Positions 9,560-21,600 are shown, counted from the whole stretch's first letter. The stretch: 61,089 nt of DNA, filler included, from 6 parts of 6 records of this genome joined end to end with filler, not necessarily neighbours in it, one strand, 5' to 3'. Made by a program: numbers and translations. Notes: generated by a model from the sequence alone, not told the origin.

Positions 9560-10801
9560 ATGTTTGACGTTTTCAGAAAACTGTTGTGTGCAGTTTTCAT
9601 CACGATCTGTTTCAACACCCCATCAGACGCCAGCGACACATGGCAGGAAATCACGGCCCAGGCGCACGGCCAGACGGTCTATTTCAACGGCTGGGGCGGC
9701 TCCGATGCGATTAACGACTATATTCGCTGGGCCTCGGAGGAGATGAAAATACGCTACAACATCACCATAAAACATGTGAAGGTCACAGACATCGGGGATG
9801 TGGTCAGTCGAATCCTGGCGGAAAAAAACGGCGGCAGAACGAGCGGGGGGAGCGTCGATCTGATGTGGATCAACGGCGAGAACTTTCATTCGATGAAGAC
9901 AAACGGACTGCTCCTGGCACCGTACACCCACCACTTTCCCAATTACAAGCTGGTGGATACCGAGAATAAACGGTCAACTCTCTTCGACTTCACGGTGCCT
10001 GTGGATAACCAGGAATCCCCGTGGGGCATGGCTCAGCTGGTATTTCTCTACGACACGGCAATCGTCCCCGAACCTCCTGCATCGATGATGGAGCTGCTCG
10101 CTTTCTGCAGAGTCAGCAAAGGAAGATTCACCTATCCCGCCCCACCTGACTTCTACGGAACTACCTTTATCAAACAGGCGCTGATCGAGTTGACCGGAAA
10201 TAAGGATGCTTTGTATCGGGAGATCGACCCTCGCCTGTTCGAGGACGTAACCAGCCCGCTCTGGGAATACCTCGATGAACTCCACCCTCTCCTGTGGAGA
10301 AGCGGACGGGCGTACCCGAAAAGCGCACCGGAGATGAAACGTCTGCTCGGCGACCGCGAACTTTTCATTTCCCTGAGTTTCAACCCAGCGGAGGCGAGCA
10401 ACGCGATCGTCTCCGGCGAACTGCCGGACAGCATCCGAACCTATGTCCATAGTGGCGGGACGCTCGGTAACACCCATTTTCTCGCAATCCCGTTCAATGC
10501 GTCCGCGCAGGAGGCGGCGATGGTGTTCGCCGATTTTTTACTGAGTCCCGAAGCCCAGGCGCGCAAAAGTGACCCGTCCGTGTGGGGTGACCCCACCGTC
10601 CTGTCCATGGATAAACTGAGCCCCGGCGAACGTGCGCTGTTTACGAACAAAAACCGTGGCATCGCAACGCTTTCCGCTGAACAGCTCGGCAGCGTCCTCC
10701 TGGAACCCCACGCCTCCTGGGTGAGTGCGATAGAAAAAGAATGGCAAAAACGGTACGCCCGCTGGCGGGCTCAAACAAAAAAACCGGTGCCAACTGGGTG
10801 A
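9560..10801 (+). CDS. ynjB: ABC transporter substrate-binding protein, YnjB-like
   Basis: GQTVYFNGWGG, GSVDLMWINGENF, ESPWGMAQL, GRFTYPAPPDF, GNTHFLAIPFNA, VWGDPTVL. Confidence 0.85.
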   Translation: MFDVFRKLLCAVFITICFNTPSDASDTWQEITAQAHGQTVYFNGWGGSDAINDYIRWASEEMKIRYNITIKHVKVTDIGDVVSRILAEKNGGRTSGGSVDLMWINGENFHSMKTNGLLLAPYTHHFPNYKLVDTENKRSTLFDFTVPVDNQESPWGMAQLVFLYDTAIVPEPPASMMELLAFCRVSKGRFTYPAPPDFYGTTFIKQALIELTGNKDALYREIDPRLFEDVTSPLWEYLDELHPLLWRSGRAYPKSAPEMKRLLGDRELFISLSFNPAEASNAIVSGELPDSIRTYVHSGGTLGNTHFLAIPFNASAQEAAMVFADFLLSPEAQARKSDPSVWGDPTVLSMDKLSPGERALFTNKNRGIATLSAEQLGSVLLEPHASWVSAIEKEWQKRYARWRAQTKKPVPTG

Positions 10802-12482
10802 GATTGTTCCCAGCCCTGACCCTGATCACGTTCCTGCTGCCTATCCTGGTTGGCCTCGCTTTCACCAGCGCACCGGCATTCGGGTATCTGCCCTCGGCGG
10901 GCCAAAACGAGTTCAGCCTCGAACCTCTGCGTACACTCCTGTCCCACCCGAGTCTACCCGCTGCGCTGCGCTCTACGATAACCTCCGGAGTTGCAGCAGC
11001 GACCCTTTCGCTTGCACTGGCGCTCTGGATTGCATCAACGCTCTACGGCACAAGGCTATGGCGATCCATCGAATTCAGTCTTGCGCCTCTTCTCGCACTG
11101 CCCCACGCAGCGTTCGCAATTGGGTTTGTTTTCCTGATCGCGCCGAGCGGGTGGGTCATGCGGGCTATCTCTCCCGGAGCCACCGGTTTCACCTATCCAC
11201 CGGACTGGATAACGGCTGGAGATCCGTGGGCCATTTCCCTGACTCTGACCATGGTGTTGAAGGAAACCCCCTTCCTGCTCCTGATGGTATTTTCAGGACT
11301 CAACCGGATCGACGTCAAGCGAAGCATCTGGGTCGGCAGGAGCCTCGGCTACCACCGTATGCGCATCTGGACCCGGCTGATCATCCCGCAGCTTTATCCG
11401 ATGCTCAGGCTGCCGCTGCTCGCCACGGTCGCCTATTCGCTCTCCGTCGTTGATCTCGCCTCCATCGTCGGTCCGTCGGTACCGCCAACGCTAGCGGTGC
11501 TGATCGACCGCTGGTTCAATGACTCCGATTTCAGTTATCGCAGTGTCGGGGCGGCAGGTGCGCTGCTCCTGTTCGTTGTCACCCTGATATGCTTCGCGAC
11601 GGCCCTGCTCGCTGAACAACTGGTAAAAACGACGACATCCCGACGGTTGCTGAACGGCCGGAGGAGATCCCCTGTGAACCTCTTGCCGCCACCGGTCCTC
11701 TGTACGCCCTGCTTCTCTTGGCGATTAATGGCCTGAGCCTGCTGATCCTCGTCATTTGGTCTTTCTGCAGAACCTGGCATTTCCCAGATTTCATGCCCTC
11801 ATTTTTCACCCTCTCGAACTGGACCGGCAGCTGGGCGCGAGTGTCCGAACCGCTGGGCGTCAGCATCGCAGCAGCGGTCGCCAGTTGCCTTATCAGCGGG
11901 GCCCTGGTCATCGGCTGTCTCGAAAATGAGGGATCACTGGCGCAGAGTAAGCAGGCTTCGATCAGCCAGCGCTCACTGTGGATTGTCTTCCTTCCGCTGC
12001 TTATCCCTCAGATCAGTTTCCTGTTCGGCATTCAGGTGCTGCTTGTGCGCCTCCACCTCGACGGTACGTGGATCGCGCTCACCGGTATCCATACGGTTTT
12101 CGTGCTGCCCTATGTATTTCTCACACTCGCCAACCCATACCGGGCCTACGACCGGCGCTTCACCCATGTCGGGTTGACGCTGTCAGCAAGTCCCCTCAAA
12201 ACATTTATGATGATCAAACTGCCGATCCTGGTGAAACCGATCCTGTTCAGCCTCGCCGTCGGTTTTTCCGTATCAATTGCACAATACCTGTCTACTTTGT
12301 ATGTTGGGAGCGGCAGGTTTGCAACGATCACCACCGAAACCGTCACCCTTGCCGCCGGCTCGGACAGAAGGGTCATCGCCGTTTATGCGCTGTGCCAGAT
12401 ACTCCTACCATTGATCTGCTACACTGCTGCTGTAGCCCTGCCGCACGTCGTATACCGCAATCGGCAGATGATGAGAAATTGA
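10741..12482 (+). CDS. ynjC: ABC transporter double permease, YnjC-like, split by apparent indel near 11680-11720
   Basis: Two consecutive hydrophobic ORFs (10741-11736, 11718-12482) with PLLALPHAAFAIG, KETPFLL, SLSVVD, VFVLPYV, FSVSIAQY and GSGRFATITTE motifs. Confidence 0.8.
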
Positions 12483-12492
12483 CAGCAAGGTT

Positions 12493-12904
12493 ATGTCTCT
12501 CTTACTTGATGCCGTCCAGATAAGCTTTGGTGGATCTCCGCTGTTCAAACCGTTGAGCCTCGCGGTTTCCCCCGGCGAAATAACGACCGTGATGGGTCCT
12601 TCAGGGTGTGGAAAATCGACGCTACTGGCAGCCATCTGCGGAATGCTCGACCCCGGTTTTTCCCTCTCCGGAACGATCAGTTTACACAACAGGAGGCTCA
12701 ACGAGACGGCAGTAGAACACCGTAAAATCGGCATCCTGTTCCAGGATGATCTGCTTTTTCCTCACCTGGACGTGTTCAGCAACATGGCATTCGCACTCCC
12801 CGCAGGGTTGAGCCGGAAAGAGAAACGGGAACGGGTGCAATCAAGCCTGCTCTCAGCGGGGCTCGCCGGGTTCGACAATCGGACATCGCGACCCTGTCGG
12901 GTGG
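12493..12904 (+). CDS. ynjD: ABC transporter ATP-binding protein, YnjD-like (partial at contig end)
   Basis: Walker A GPSGCGKST, GILFQDDLLFPHL; LSGG signature appears in an adjacent frame at the contig end. Confidence 0.85.
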
Positions 12905-13004
12905 NNNNNNNNNNNNNNNNNNNNNNNNNNNNNNNNNNNNNNNNNNNNTTAATTAATTAANNNNNNNNNNNNNNNNNNNNNNNNNNNNNNNNNNNNNNNN
13001 NNNN
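12905..13004. other. Artificial contig spacer
   Basis: N44 + TTAATTAATTAA (stops in all six frames) + N44. Confidence 0.99.
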
Positions 13005-13006
13005 CA

Positions 13007-13399
13007 GTATGGGGATTAATTGTAGGAATATTAGGAGATATTGGAGGGTTTTTGGTAAAGCCTGTTCCTCCATATATGCCAGGCATCACTTTGACCTCTG
13101 CATTAATTGGTTTTATACCAGGGTTGATACATAAATATATTTTCAAAAAAAATATTTTATTTGCAATAGTAGTATCTGTACTAATTGACATGTTAATTTT
13201 AAATGGTATATTGGGTACCTATTTCATATCTATTACATACGGTCATGTCAGAAACTTTCAAGGCTGGCTAATATCAAGAATGCCCACTGAAGGCATAATG
13301 TGCGTAGTACAGACTTTATTATGCGCTTTTGTTATTTTACCGTTAAAATCTGTAATATTTAAGAATAAAGATATTAAAAAGCTAGAAGAAAACATCTAG
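13007..13399 (+). CDS. folT: Folate-family ECF transporter S component (5'-truncated)
   Basis: GLIVGILGDIGGFLVKPVPPYMPGITLTSALIGFIPGL..., fully hydrophobic; the frame is open from the contig start. Confidence 0.7.
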   Translation, partial: VWGLIVGILGDIGGFLVKPVPPYMPGITLTSALIGFIPGLIHKYIFKKNILFAIVVSVLIDMLILNGILGTYFISITYGHVRNFQGWLISRMPTEGIMCVVQTLLCAFVILPLKSVIFKNKDIKKLEENI

Positions 13400-13468
13400 T
13401 ATAAAATCAACAAAAAATAGATGACAATATTTTCGGCGTATGGGAGAAATATATCTCATATCCTATAC

Positions 13469-13504
13469 AAGAGCCTAACTTTGCTTATGCTTAGTTAGGC
13501 TCTT
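13469..13504. terminator. Bidirectional intrinsic terminator between convergent genes
   Basis: AAGAGCCTAACT...AGTTAGGCTCTT perfect 12-bp inverted repeat. Confidence 0.7.
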
Positions 13505-13521
13505 TATTATGGTTTATAAAA

Positions 13522-14880
13522 TCACTGAGTTATGTTATTTACCCATTTAAAACTTCGATATCTAATAAAGCAAACTATAACTCTAGAAACTGATTCCATT
13601 CTAGCTAAAATAAACACAAAAATTATTGGCAGATGGAAAACAAATGCTCCTATAAAAGCAAGGGGTAAGCCCACAAGCCACAGCGCACCCACATCTACTA
13701 TAGTGCAGAACTTTGTGTCACCGCCAGCTCTTAGTATGCCTATGAACAATGTAAAGCCTAAACAGTTAATTGGCAAAAGCCCTAGCATTGCATACAGAAC
13801 AGTATTGGCTCCCTTAATAATTTCTGGTGATACATTGTAAAAGGAAAGTATGCCAGAGCGAAGGAAGAACATAATCGCTGCAATAATTATGCCTGTTATA
13901 AATGCTGCTGGTAGTCCTCTTCTAGCATCATGCTTTGCTTTTTCAAAGTCATTAGCACCCAAGCTATTGCCAATCATTATTCCCAAAGCCTGCCCCATGC
14001 CTAAAGCGATAACAAAAGATATATTAAATATTACAAAGCTAATGTTCATTATTGTTAAAACGTCCGTGCCCATACGCGCATAGATAATGCTATAACATGT
14101 TGTTCCTAATGCCCAAAATCCTTCGTTTATAAGAACTAATGATATTTTCCCCATTAGCTTTTTGACGAACGAAAACGGGATGACAAATAGCTGCTTAAAT
14201 GTTGCTGCAACAGCAAACTTTTTGCCATAGATAATTGCAAGGAGAATAAGCACTTCTATACTTCGTGCAATGGTTGTTGCTATTGCTGCACCTTCAACTC
14301 CTAGCTTTGGAAAACCAAAGTTACCAAAGATTAAGCAGTAGTTTAGAAACGTATTTAGACTAAGTGCAATAATACTAGAAAATAGGGGTACTCGCACATT
14401 GCCAGTTGATCGCAAAGCTGAAACCAGCACCATTATTATAGCCATCGGAATGTATGAAATAGCTGCAATTCTTAAATACCTTGCACCTTCTGCTATTACT
14501 AATGGATCTTTTGAATATATGGCGATAACTTTTCTAGGAAATGCTGTACCAGCTGTTGTAAAAAATATTGCAATCAGCATAGTTAGTATCAAGGATAATC
14601 CTATTGTTTTGTGTATACTTGGTATATCCTTTTTCCCCCAGAACTGAGCTAGGAAAATTGTTGCTCCGCCAGTTATGCCCACCATGAAAAGGTTAGCCAA
14701 AAAGAAAACTTGATTTCCAAGTCCAACACCTGATATGCTGATTTCTCCCAGCTTACCAATCATAATATTGTCAACTAAGTTAAGGCAGTTAATAATTAAG
14801 TATTGAAATATTAATGGAAGTGCAAATTTAAACAATCTGCCAAAAAAATTATCTTGTATGTTTTTATTCTCTGTAGTCAT
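13522..14880 (-). CDS. MATE family efflux transporter
   Basis: NLVDNIMIGKLG, AQFWGKKD, LRSTGN, LIFGNFGFPKLGVEGAAIAT, ILRAGGDT; 452 aa multi-TM. Confidence 0.95.
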   Translation of the reverse strand: MTTENKNIQDNFFGRLFKFALPLIFQYLIINCLNLVDNIMIGKLGEISISGVGLGNQVFFLANLFMVGITGGATIFLAQFWGKKDIPSIHKTIGLSLILTMLIAIFFTTAGTAFPRKVIAIYSKDPLVIAEGARYLRIAAISYIPMAIIMVLVSALRSTGNVRVPLFSSIIALSLNTFLNYCLIFGNFGFPKLGVEGAAIATTIARSIEVLILLAIIYGKKFAVAATFKQLFVIPFSFVKKLMGKISLVLINEGFWALGTTCYSIIYARMGTDVLTIMNISFVIFNISFVIALGMGQALGIMIGNSLGANDFEKAKHDARRGLPAAFITGIIIAAIMFFLRSGILSFYNVSPEIIKGANTVLYAMLGLLPINCLGFTLFIGILRAGGDTKFCTIVDVGALWLVGLPLAFIGAFVFHLPIIFVFILARMESVSRVIVCFIRYRSFKWVNNITQ

Positions 14881-15097
14881 AATCGACTAATTATAACATA
14901 TATCTACTAAAATAAAAGTATATTTTTTTAATTAATTTTATAGTAATATAGCCTATTTTTTGCACCAATTTCATCTAAAATCTGATTCCAAGGCAGCTTA
15001 TCAGTGTCATCATAATTCCTAAGTAGGTTTACTAAAGCTGTTTATTTTATGAGTTGTTTGGTTATTAAGTTAATTTCTATAGTAGCTGTAACTTCAA

Positions 15098-15277
15098 TTA
15101 TTTTAATATAAAATTGATAATTTCATCGGCAATTTTTTCTGACTCATAGTAGTGAATATAGTGACCACAGTTTAAATAGATAATTTGTGCATCTATATCA
15201 TCTGCATACTCTTTTATTACAGGCAGCCAATAATATAATTGGCTTGTTTCAATGTTAGATTGTTTGAATATGTTTAA
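15098..15277 (-). pseudogene. C-terminal remnant of an alpha/beta hydrolase
   Basis: Start-less frame LNIFKQSNIETSQLYYWLPVIKEYADDIDAQIIYLNCGHYIHYYESEKIADEIINFILK*. GHYIH...E..I...I..F is the typical catalytic-His end. An in-frame stop lies immediately upstream. Confidence 0.5.
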
Positions 15278-15413
15278 TTACGTGTTAGAATATAGGAAAG
15301 TAAGCTTTAAATTCAGGATGTTAAGTTTAGTTGACAGATTGCTAAGTGCAATTGGTAGCTTTAGTTGACAAAAAAATATATGATTTAGGTATAATTTTTA
15401 GGAGGAACAGAAA

Positions 15414-16163
15414 GTGAATTTTAGCAAAAGATTGATGGAGCTAAGAAAGCAAAATGGTTGGTCACAGGAAGAGCTAGGCTACAATCTAGGAGTTTCTCGC
15501 CAAACCGTTTCTAAATGGGAATTAGGTGAAACTACTCCAGAAATGAGCAAGCTAAATGCTATGTCTGAACTATTTGGAGTTAGCCTTGATTATTTAATAA
15601 AAGGTGAACAAGCCGCATCTATAAACAGAAATTACTATGTAGGTTATGAATACAAAAGCAAGGCAGAGTTTAATGGCATGCCTATTGTCCATATTAATAT
15701 TGGCAGAGGGCTGAAAAGAGCAAAAGGAATTATAGCGATTGGCAATATTGCTACTGGATATGTTGCAATCGGCGGATTATCTGTAGGCATAGTGTCGATT
15801 GGAGGATTTTCTTTTGGTATAGCGACTCTGGGCGGCTGGGCAATTGGATTACTGGCAGCTGGAGGACTGGCACTTGGATGTATAGCTTTTGGCGGGGTAG
15901 CAGTAGGATACTTAGCTGTTGGCGGAGCAGCTTTTGGCATAAATGCAGCAGGTGGAGCAGCGATTGCAAGGGATATTGCATTTGGCGACTATGCAAAGGG
16001 TACTATCGCTATAGGCAGACAACTACATGGAGATGTTAATATTTTACGAACCAGCGATATTGATTCTACGAGGGCAGCATTTAGTAGTGCAGTAAATGAA
16101 TACTTACCTAAGGCTAAAGATTTTGTAGTTAATTTCTTTTATAAATTAATCGGAAATATGTAA
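15414..16163 (+). CDS. XRE-family HTH regulator with glycine-rich membrane region
   Basis: LRKQNGWSQEELG..LGVSRQTVSKWELGETTPE HTH, followed by repeated GG.A.G hydrophobic motifs; AGGAGG RBS. Confidence 0.9.
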   Translation: MNFSKRLMELRKQNGWSQEELGYNLGVSRQTVSKWELGETTPEMSKLNAMSELFGVSLDYLIKGEQAASINRNYYVGYEYKSKAEFNGMPIVHINIGRGLKRAKGIIAIGNIATGYVAIGGLSVGIVSIGGFSFGIATLGGWAIGLLAAGGLALGCIAFGGVAVGYLAVGGAAFGINAAGGAAIARDIAFGDYAKGTIAIGRQLHGDVNILRTSDIDSTRAAFSSAVNEYLPKAKDFVVNFFYKLIGNM

Positions 16164-16422
16164 AATTCACTTTTTAATTAAGATGTAATAAATTGTGATG
16201 GAATGATACGATTATAAAAAACGTTTCAATTATTAACTCAAAGTAAAACAGCAAAATAATAAAATATATAAAACCAGACATGAAAACATCAATATTTAAT
16301 GCATTATTTCATTCAGATTTTCATAAAAAAGAAATAGGTACACAATATTTCCCGGCAATAATGAATTTTATATTAGAATTTATTATAAATTTGTTGAGAA
16401 TCGATAACATAGGAGGCAAAAA

Positions 16423-16947
16423 ATGAAAGTTGCATTAATATCATATTCACAAACAGGCAGGAACAATGAACTTGCAAAAAGAGTATCTGAAAAGCTGGAT
16501 ATAGAGCATATAAAAATAATTGAAAAGAAAAAAAGGAAAATGGTAACAGTCGCTTTGGATTTACTGCTTAACAGAAAACCTAAAGTTGAACCAGAGGCTC
16601 AAGTAGTAGAAAGCTACGATTTAGTAATATTTTTTGCCTCAGTATGGATGGGAATGCCGGCAACACCTTTAAGGAGATATTTTGACAATGTCAAAAAGAA
16701 TAACAGTAGATATGCTTTCATATCATTAAGCGGTGGTGCAGATAAATCTAACCCAAATCTTAAGGATGGTGTAGTAAAACGAGCAGGTAATAGATTAGAG
16801 ATGTTTCATGATTTCCATGTTTCAGAATTTATTAAGGATAAAAAGCCAAACCGCCAGGATACACAATCCTATAAAGTGAAAGATGAAGAGTATGAAATGT
16901 TAGCAGAAGAAGTAGCAGCTATTATTGAAAAGGAATTTTTGGCTTAG
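16423..16947 (+). CDS. Flavodoxin-like fold protein
   Basis: ISYSQTGRNNELA, YDLVIFFASVWMGMPATPL; AGGAGG RBS. Confidence 0.75.
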   Translation: MKVALISYSQTGRNNELAKRVSEKLDIEHIKIIEKKKRKMVTVALDLLLNRKPKVEPEAQVVESYDLVIFFASVWMGMPATPLRRYFDNVKKNNSRYAFISLSGGADKSNPNLKDGVVKRAGNRLEMFHDFHVSEFIKDKKPNRQDTQSYKVKDEEYEMLAEEVAAIIEKEFLA

Positions 16948-17025
16948 TTAGTGGATGTATATCAGATTGTCTCATCATTAATCCGTAAAATTCAATTACA
17001 GTGGTATAATTAGTAAAATACTAGA

Positions 17026-17274
17026 TTAGTTGTATTGTGTCAAAGCGTAATAACTCCCCCAAAAGAACATATTTACAGTAAACCATATAGCAGGTATTGC
17101 TATGATAAAAAATATAATAAATTTAGGATAATTAAAAGGAGCTATTGCACGCACAAAGCTTCTTTTTGTCCATACTAACCCTAAACCAAATGTTAAAAGT
17201 ATAATAATAAATAGAATACATAGAATTATCAAAAATAACGGTGGTATTACGAATAATGCAATTCCATATCCCAT
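17026..17274 (-). CDS. Small membrane protein
   Basis: Two hydrophobic stretches; translationally adjacent to the YibE/F gene with AGGAG RBS. Confidence 0.6.
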   Translation of the reverse strand: MGYGIALFVIPPLFLIILCILFIIILLTFGLGLVWTKRSFVRAIAPFNYPKFIIFFIIAIPAIWFTVNMFFWGSYYALTQYN

Positions 17275-17275
17275 T

Positions 17276-18457
17276 CTAATTCTCCTTTATATTCTTTTGT
17301 GCTAACCTTTCTTTACTTTTCCGATGAATCAATGCAGTCGCTATCGCAGAAGCTGGCACTGTACAAATCAAACCAATACTTCCTGCTATTGCCCTGATAA
17401 ACTCAGATGAAAATAGTTCCCAGCTTAGGGTATATTGAAGCTGTGTGGAATTGGAGTATATTAAAACAATTATTGTCAGTGATGAGCCTACATAGGCAAG
17501 GATCAATGTGTTTGTCATTGTACCCATTATATCGCCGCCTATTTTCATACCAGATTTTATTATTTCACCTTTTGTAATATCACCTTTTCTATGTTCTATA
17601 ATCTCTTCTAATGATGACGCTATGGAAACTGCAACGTCCATTGTTGCCCCTAGTGCACCTATTATTATTGCGGCAAACATAAGCCCGTTCATATCAAGAT
17701 TATATTGGAAAAACAATGTATTAGAAAAGGTATCGATAAGACCTGTCATGTTCATTACTTTCTGCATTACAAAGGCTAATAAACCTGCTATTAAAAAACC
17801 TAGGGTACAGCCAATTATCGAGGATAGTGCTTTTATGCTAAAGCCGCATACAATAACCAATGTAATAATAGTCACTACAATACATGTACCAATTGCAAGC
17901 AGCATAATATTATATCCATCAATAAGTAAAGGGACAAATACAAAAAAGATAACTCCGCAAGTTATTATCAGGGCTGCAAGTGAGCGAATACCTTTAAATC
18001 CGCTAAACACCAATATTACCAATGCAAATAGTACCCCGAAAATTATTAAGTAAGGCACACGGGCATATTCCACAAAATTACCTATTACTTTGCCATTTTG
18101 TATGGACGGATAGATATAGACTATTGCTCCCTCACTAACTTTATTTGTCATATAACCTTCTGTGTTGTCTATTTCCTGAATACAGTTTATTGTTTTATCA
18201 AGAATATTGCTATTCATAATCTTGGCAGTAAATTCTAAAGTCTCTGTTACTTTTTCCTGACCATAGTAGTCTTCTACTGTTATGTCAGCACTAATGACTT
18301 CCGTTACTTTTGCTTTAATAACCTGCTGCTCTGAATTGGTATCTATAAAATTTTCTAATGATATGGGTGTAAATAGTGTTACGTTGTCACAGGAAGTTAA
18401 GGACAGTAAAAGTGTTACTAGCAGTAAAGCAACTGCAATTTTGTATTTATTTCTCAT
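17276..18457 (-). CDS. YibE/F family membrane protein (lipoprotein-like N-terminus)
   Basis: Likely start MRNKYKIAVALLLVTLLLSLTSC; GFKGIRSL, IIGALGATMDVAVSIAS, GGDIMGTMTNTLILAYVG, GSIGLICTVP. Confidence 0.9.
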   Translation of the reverse strand: MRNKYKIAVALLLVTLLLSLTSCDNVTLFTPISLENFIDTNSEQQVIKAKVTEVISADITVEDYYGQEKVTETLEFTAKIMNSNILDKTINCIQEIDNTEGYMTNKVSEGAIVYIYPSIQNGKVIGNFVEYARVPYLIIFGVLFALVILVFSGFKGIRSLAALIITCGVIFFVFVPLLIDGYNIMLLAIGTCIVVTIITLVIVCGFSIKALSSIIGCTLGFLIAGLLAFVMQKVMNMTGLIDTFSNTLFFQYNLDMNGLMFAAIIIGALGATMDVAVSIASSLEEIIEHRKGDITKGEIIKSGMKIGGDIMGTMTNTLILAYVGSSLTIIVLIYSNSTQLQYTLSWELFSSEFIRAIAGSIGLICTVPASAIATALIHRKSKERLAQKNIKEN

Positions 18458-18599
18458 AAGATTGACTCTTTCATTTTCTGTATATAGTGTAAGTAAATTT
18501 ATAAATAGATGATAACACATAGTATCAGTGTTCGCAAATAATAGGTATTATGTTTTTTAATATTTTATATATAGGGATTGTTGAAAAATAAAATTTTTC

Positions 18600-18699
18600 N
18601 NNNNNNNNNNNNNNNNNNNNNNNNNNNNNNNNNNNNNNNNNNNTTAATTAATTAANNNNNNNNNNNNNNNNNNNNNNNNNNNNNNNNNNNNNNNNNNNN
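18600..18699. other. Artificial contig spacer
   Basis: N44 + TTAATTAATTAA + N44. Confidence 0.99.
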
Positions 18700-21600
18700 A
18701 GCGGGACTCTTTCCAAGACAGATGTTACGACAAACGCAGAAGGTACGGCCTTAACATTTTTAACCCTTGCGACCGATGTTGACACAAATAAAGTAAAAGC
18801 CAGCTCGGTAGGTCTGCAAGGCTCTCCCATTGAGTTTATTGCATTAGCAAACTCTGGTATTGCTAACAAAATAGTTTATGTGTCAGGAAATAATCAAACA
18901 GGAACTGTCCGATCCCCATTGTTAGATCCAATTGTAGTTAAAATATTGGACAATGTGGATCAGGCTGTAGCCAATCATAAGGTTATTTTTGAAGTAAAAA
19001 CCGGAGGTGGAAAAATAGAAGGCGAAACCACCAAAGAAGTGTTTACCGATCAAAATGGACTTGCTCAGGTAAGTTGGACACTAGGTGAAATACTCGCGAC
19101 AACTGAAGGCATTAATACGATAGAAGCCAGTGCTATAAACGGCAGCAGTGCTTTGACCAATTCACCTGTTGAATTTACTGCAACTGCTGTTGTACCGAAA
19201 ATTGAAATAGTTTCCGGCAATGGTCAATCTGGTGCTGCAGGAGAACCTTTAAATGAGCCATTTGTTGTAAGGGTTACGGATAGGAACGGTAATCCTTATG
19301 TTGGTCAAAAAGTGACTTTTTCAATAACAAAAGGACAGGGACATATCGATGGTAACAGCTCTGTAGATGTTGTGACCGGAGAAGATGGAAGAGCATCCAT
19401 TGTTCTGACACTGGGTCCGGCTGATGGTCAATTAAATGAAGTGATTGTATCCTCTCACGTCGATGGTGTGTCTTTGGATGGATCCACTCTTATTTTTCAA
19501 GCTTCATCTGGCGAAGTTACAGATTTAGTTAGTGTATCAGGAAATAACCAATCCGGAAGCGCGGGTCAGCCTTTACCTGATCCCTTTAAGGTTCGGGTTT
19601 TGAATAATTTTAATATGCCTGTCAAGAATTATTCTGTTACTTTTAGTGTGACTGAGGGAGGCGGTACTATTGCTGAGACGACGGAAAAGGTCGTACAAAC
19701 AGATGATAATGGATACGCTTCAGCCATTTTGACACTGGGCACAACACCTGGTCAAACCAACAAAGTGAGCGTGCGTGCTGTCAATGGAGGAACTGATTTA
19801 ACAGGATCTCCACTCGAGTTTCAGGCCGTCTCTTCAAGAATCAAAGAAATAAAAATGGTAGCAGGAGACAGTCAGGTTGGAACGGTGGGCATGCCATTAT
19901 CCATGCCATTTAAAGTAAAAGTGATGGATGAACTTGGAAAGAGTCCAAATGGATTTCCTGTGACATTTGTCGTTACAGACGGGAACGGACAGTTAGATGG
20001 CGAAACAACGAGGACAATCCTTACAGATGAAAATGGCCATGCTGAGACAATATTAATCCTCGGGGCGCTTCCCGGATCCAATAATAATATCGTAACAGCC
20101 AGTGCGGTTTTTGATGGTAGTCAAGTCACTGGATCCCCCATTACATTTCATGCTTCAGGCATTATGGGACCAGCAACCGAGCTTGTTTATGTGTCTGGGG
20201 ATAGTCAGAAAGGTGTGGTTGGCAGTAATCTTGTTGAGCCTCTAAAGGTTAAAGTTATAGATAACGCTGGTAATCCATTAAATGATCATCCGGTTACATT
20301 CATCATTACCGGCGGTGAAGGCCGTTTGGACGGTTCAAGTGAGACTTTAATAACAAAGAATACAAATTCAGATGGATTTGCAGAGGTGATTTGGACGCTG
20401 GGTGTAGAAAATGGCAATACCCGAAACAGCGTTGAAGCAAGTTCCTCTTACAATGATGCCCCCCTGGAAGGATCTCCGATAACATTTACAGCGACTGTAT
20501 TGCCAAGTACGGCTGCCGAAATAGAATTAATTTCAGGCGACTCACAGGAAGGCCTTGCCGGCAGAACATTAGTTAATCCGTTTAAAGTAAGAGTGACGGA
20601 TACAAATGGAAACGGTACCTCAGGCCATCCTGTCGACTTTAGAATAATTGCCGGTGGTGGCACACTGGATGGACCGGTTGACACTGCTGAAACTGTTGTG
20701 ACGGATGAGAACGGATATGCGGAGGTTCTATTAACTCTGGGTAAACAATCCGGAATAGACAATATAGTGCATGCTTCTTCTGTGAATGGTCCGGAGAATT
20801 TGACAGGTTCGCCAATTATCTTTACGGCAAACAGCAAAACCGGTGCAGTGGATCCTGTTGTATCTACAGTCGTTTGTACTCCTGGATCCTTATCTGTTGA
20901 TGAGTCCATTGGAGGACAAATAACAGTAACATTGACAGATTCGTATGGAAATCCTGTTCAAAATAAAATTGTCATGTTAACATCCTCAGGTGACGATGTC
21001 CTGGAACAACCCTCAAATCCAACAGACGCCAATGGTCAGGCTTTTGGCTCTGTGAAATCGACAAAAGCAGGACTCAGGCTAATCAGTGCGCGAAATGTGA
21101 CAGATGCACTTGAATTGGCGAATCCCGGACAAATAGTTTTCATGCCATTGTCTGCCTCGGACCTTGTTCAAGTATCAGGTGGAAACCAGGAAGGCAATAT
21201 TGGCACGGCTTTGCTGGATCCACTTACAGCCCGTGTTACAGATAAATATGGTAATGCTATTGCCAACTTTTTAATTAACTTTAATGTGCTTGGTGGTGGC
21301 GGTACTATATTTGAAAATCAACCCATGTATACTGATTCCAGTGGTGAGGCTTCAGCTACCTTTATATTGGGACGGGATACAGGGGTTAATAATTTGGCTG
21401 AGGCGAGAGTGGAAGGACTGAATAATTCATCAGTATTATTCATGGCCAGCGTCACAGATAATTCTGCGCAGAAATTATCAAGAGTTTCTGGCAACGGTCA
21501 GAATGGAAGTGCCGGATTTGTTTTGCCAGAGCCATTTATTGTGAAAGTGACAGATGAAAATAACAAGCCCATTTGGAATTTTCCGGTAGAGTTTGAGGTG

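Noticed and set aside
12949-12960. TTAATTAATTAA recurring five times as a possible biological repeat
   Set aside because: Always centred in N runs of identical length; it is a six-frame-stop assembly linker.
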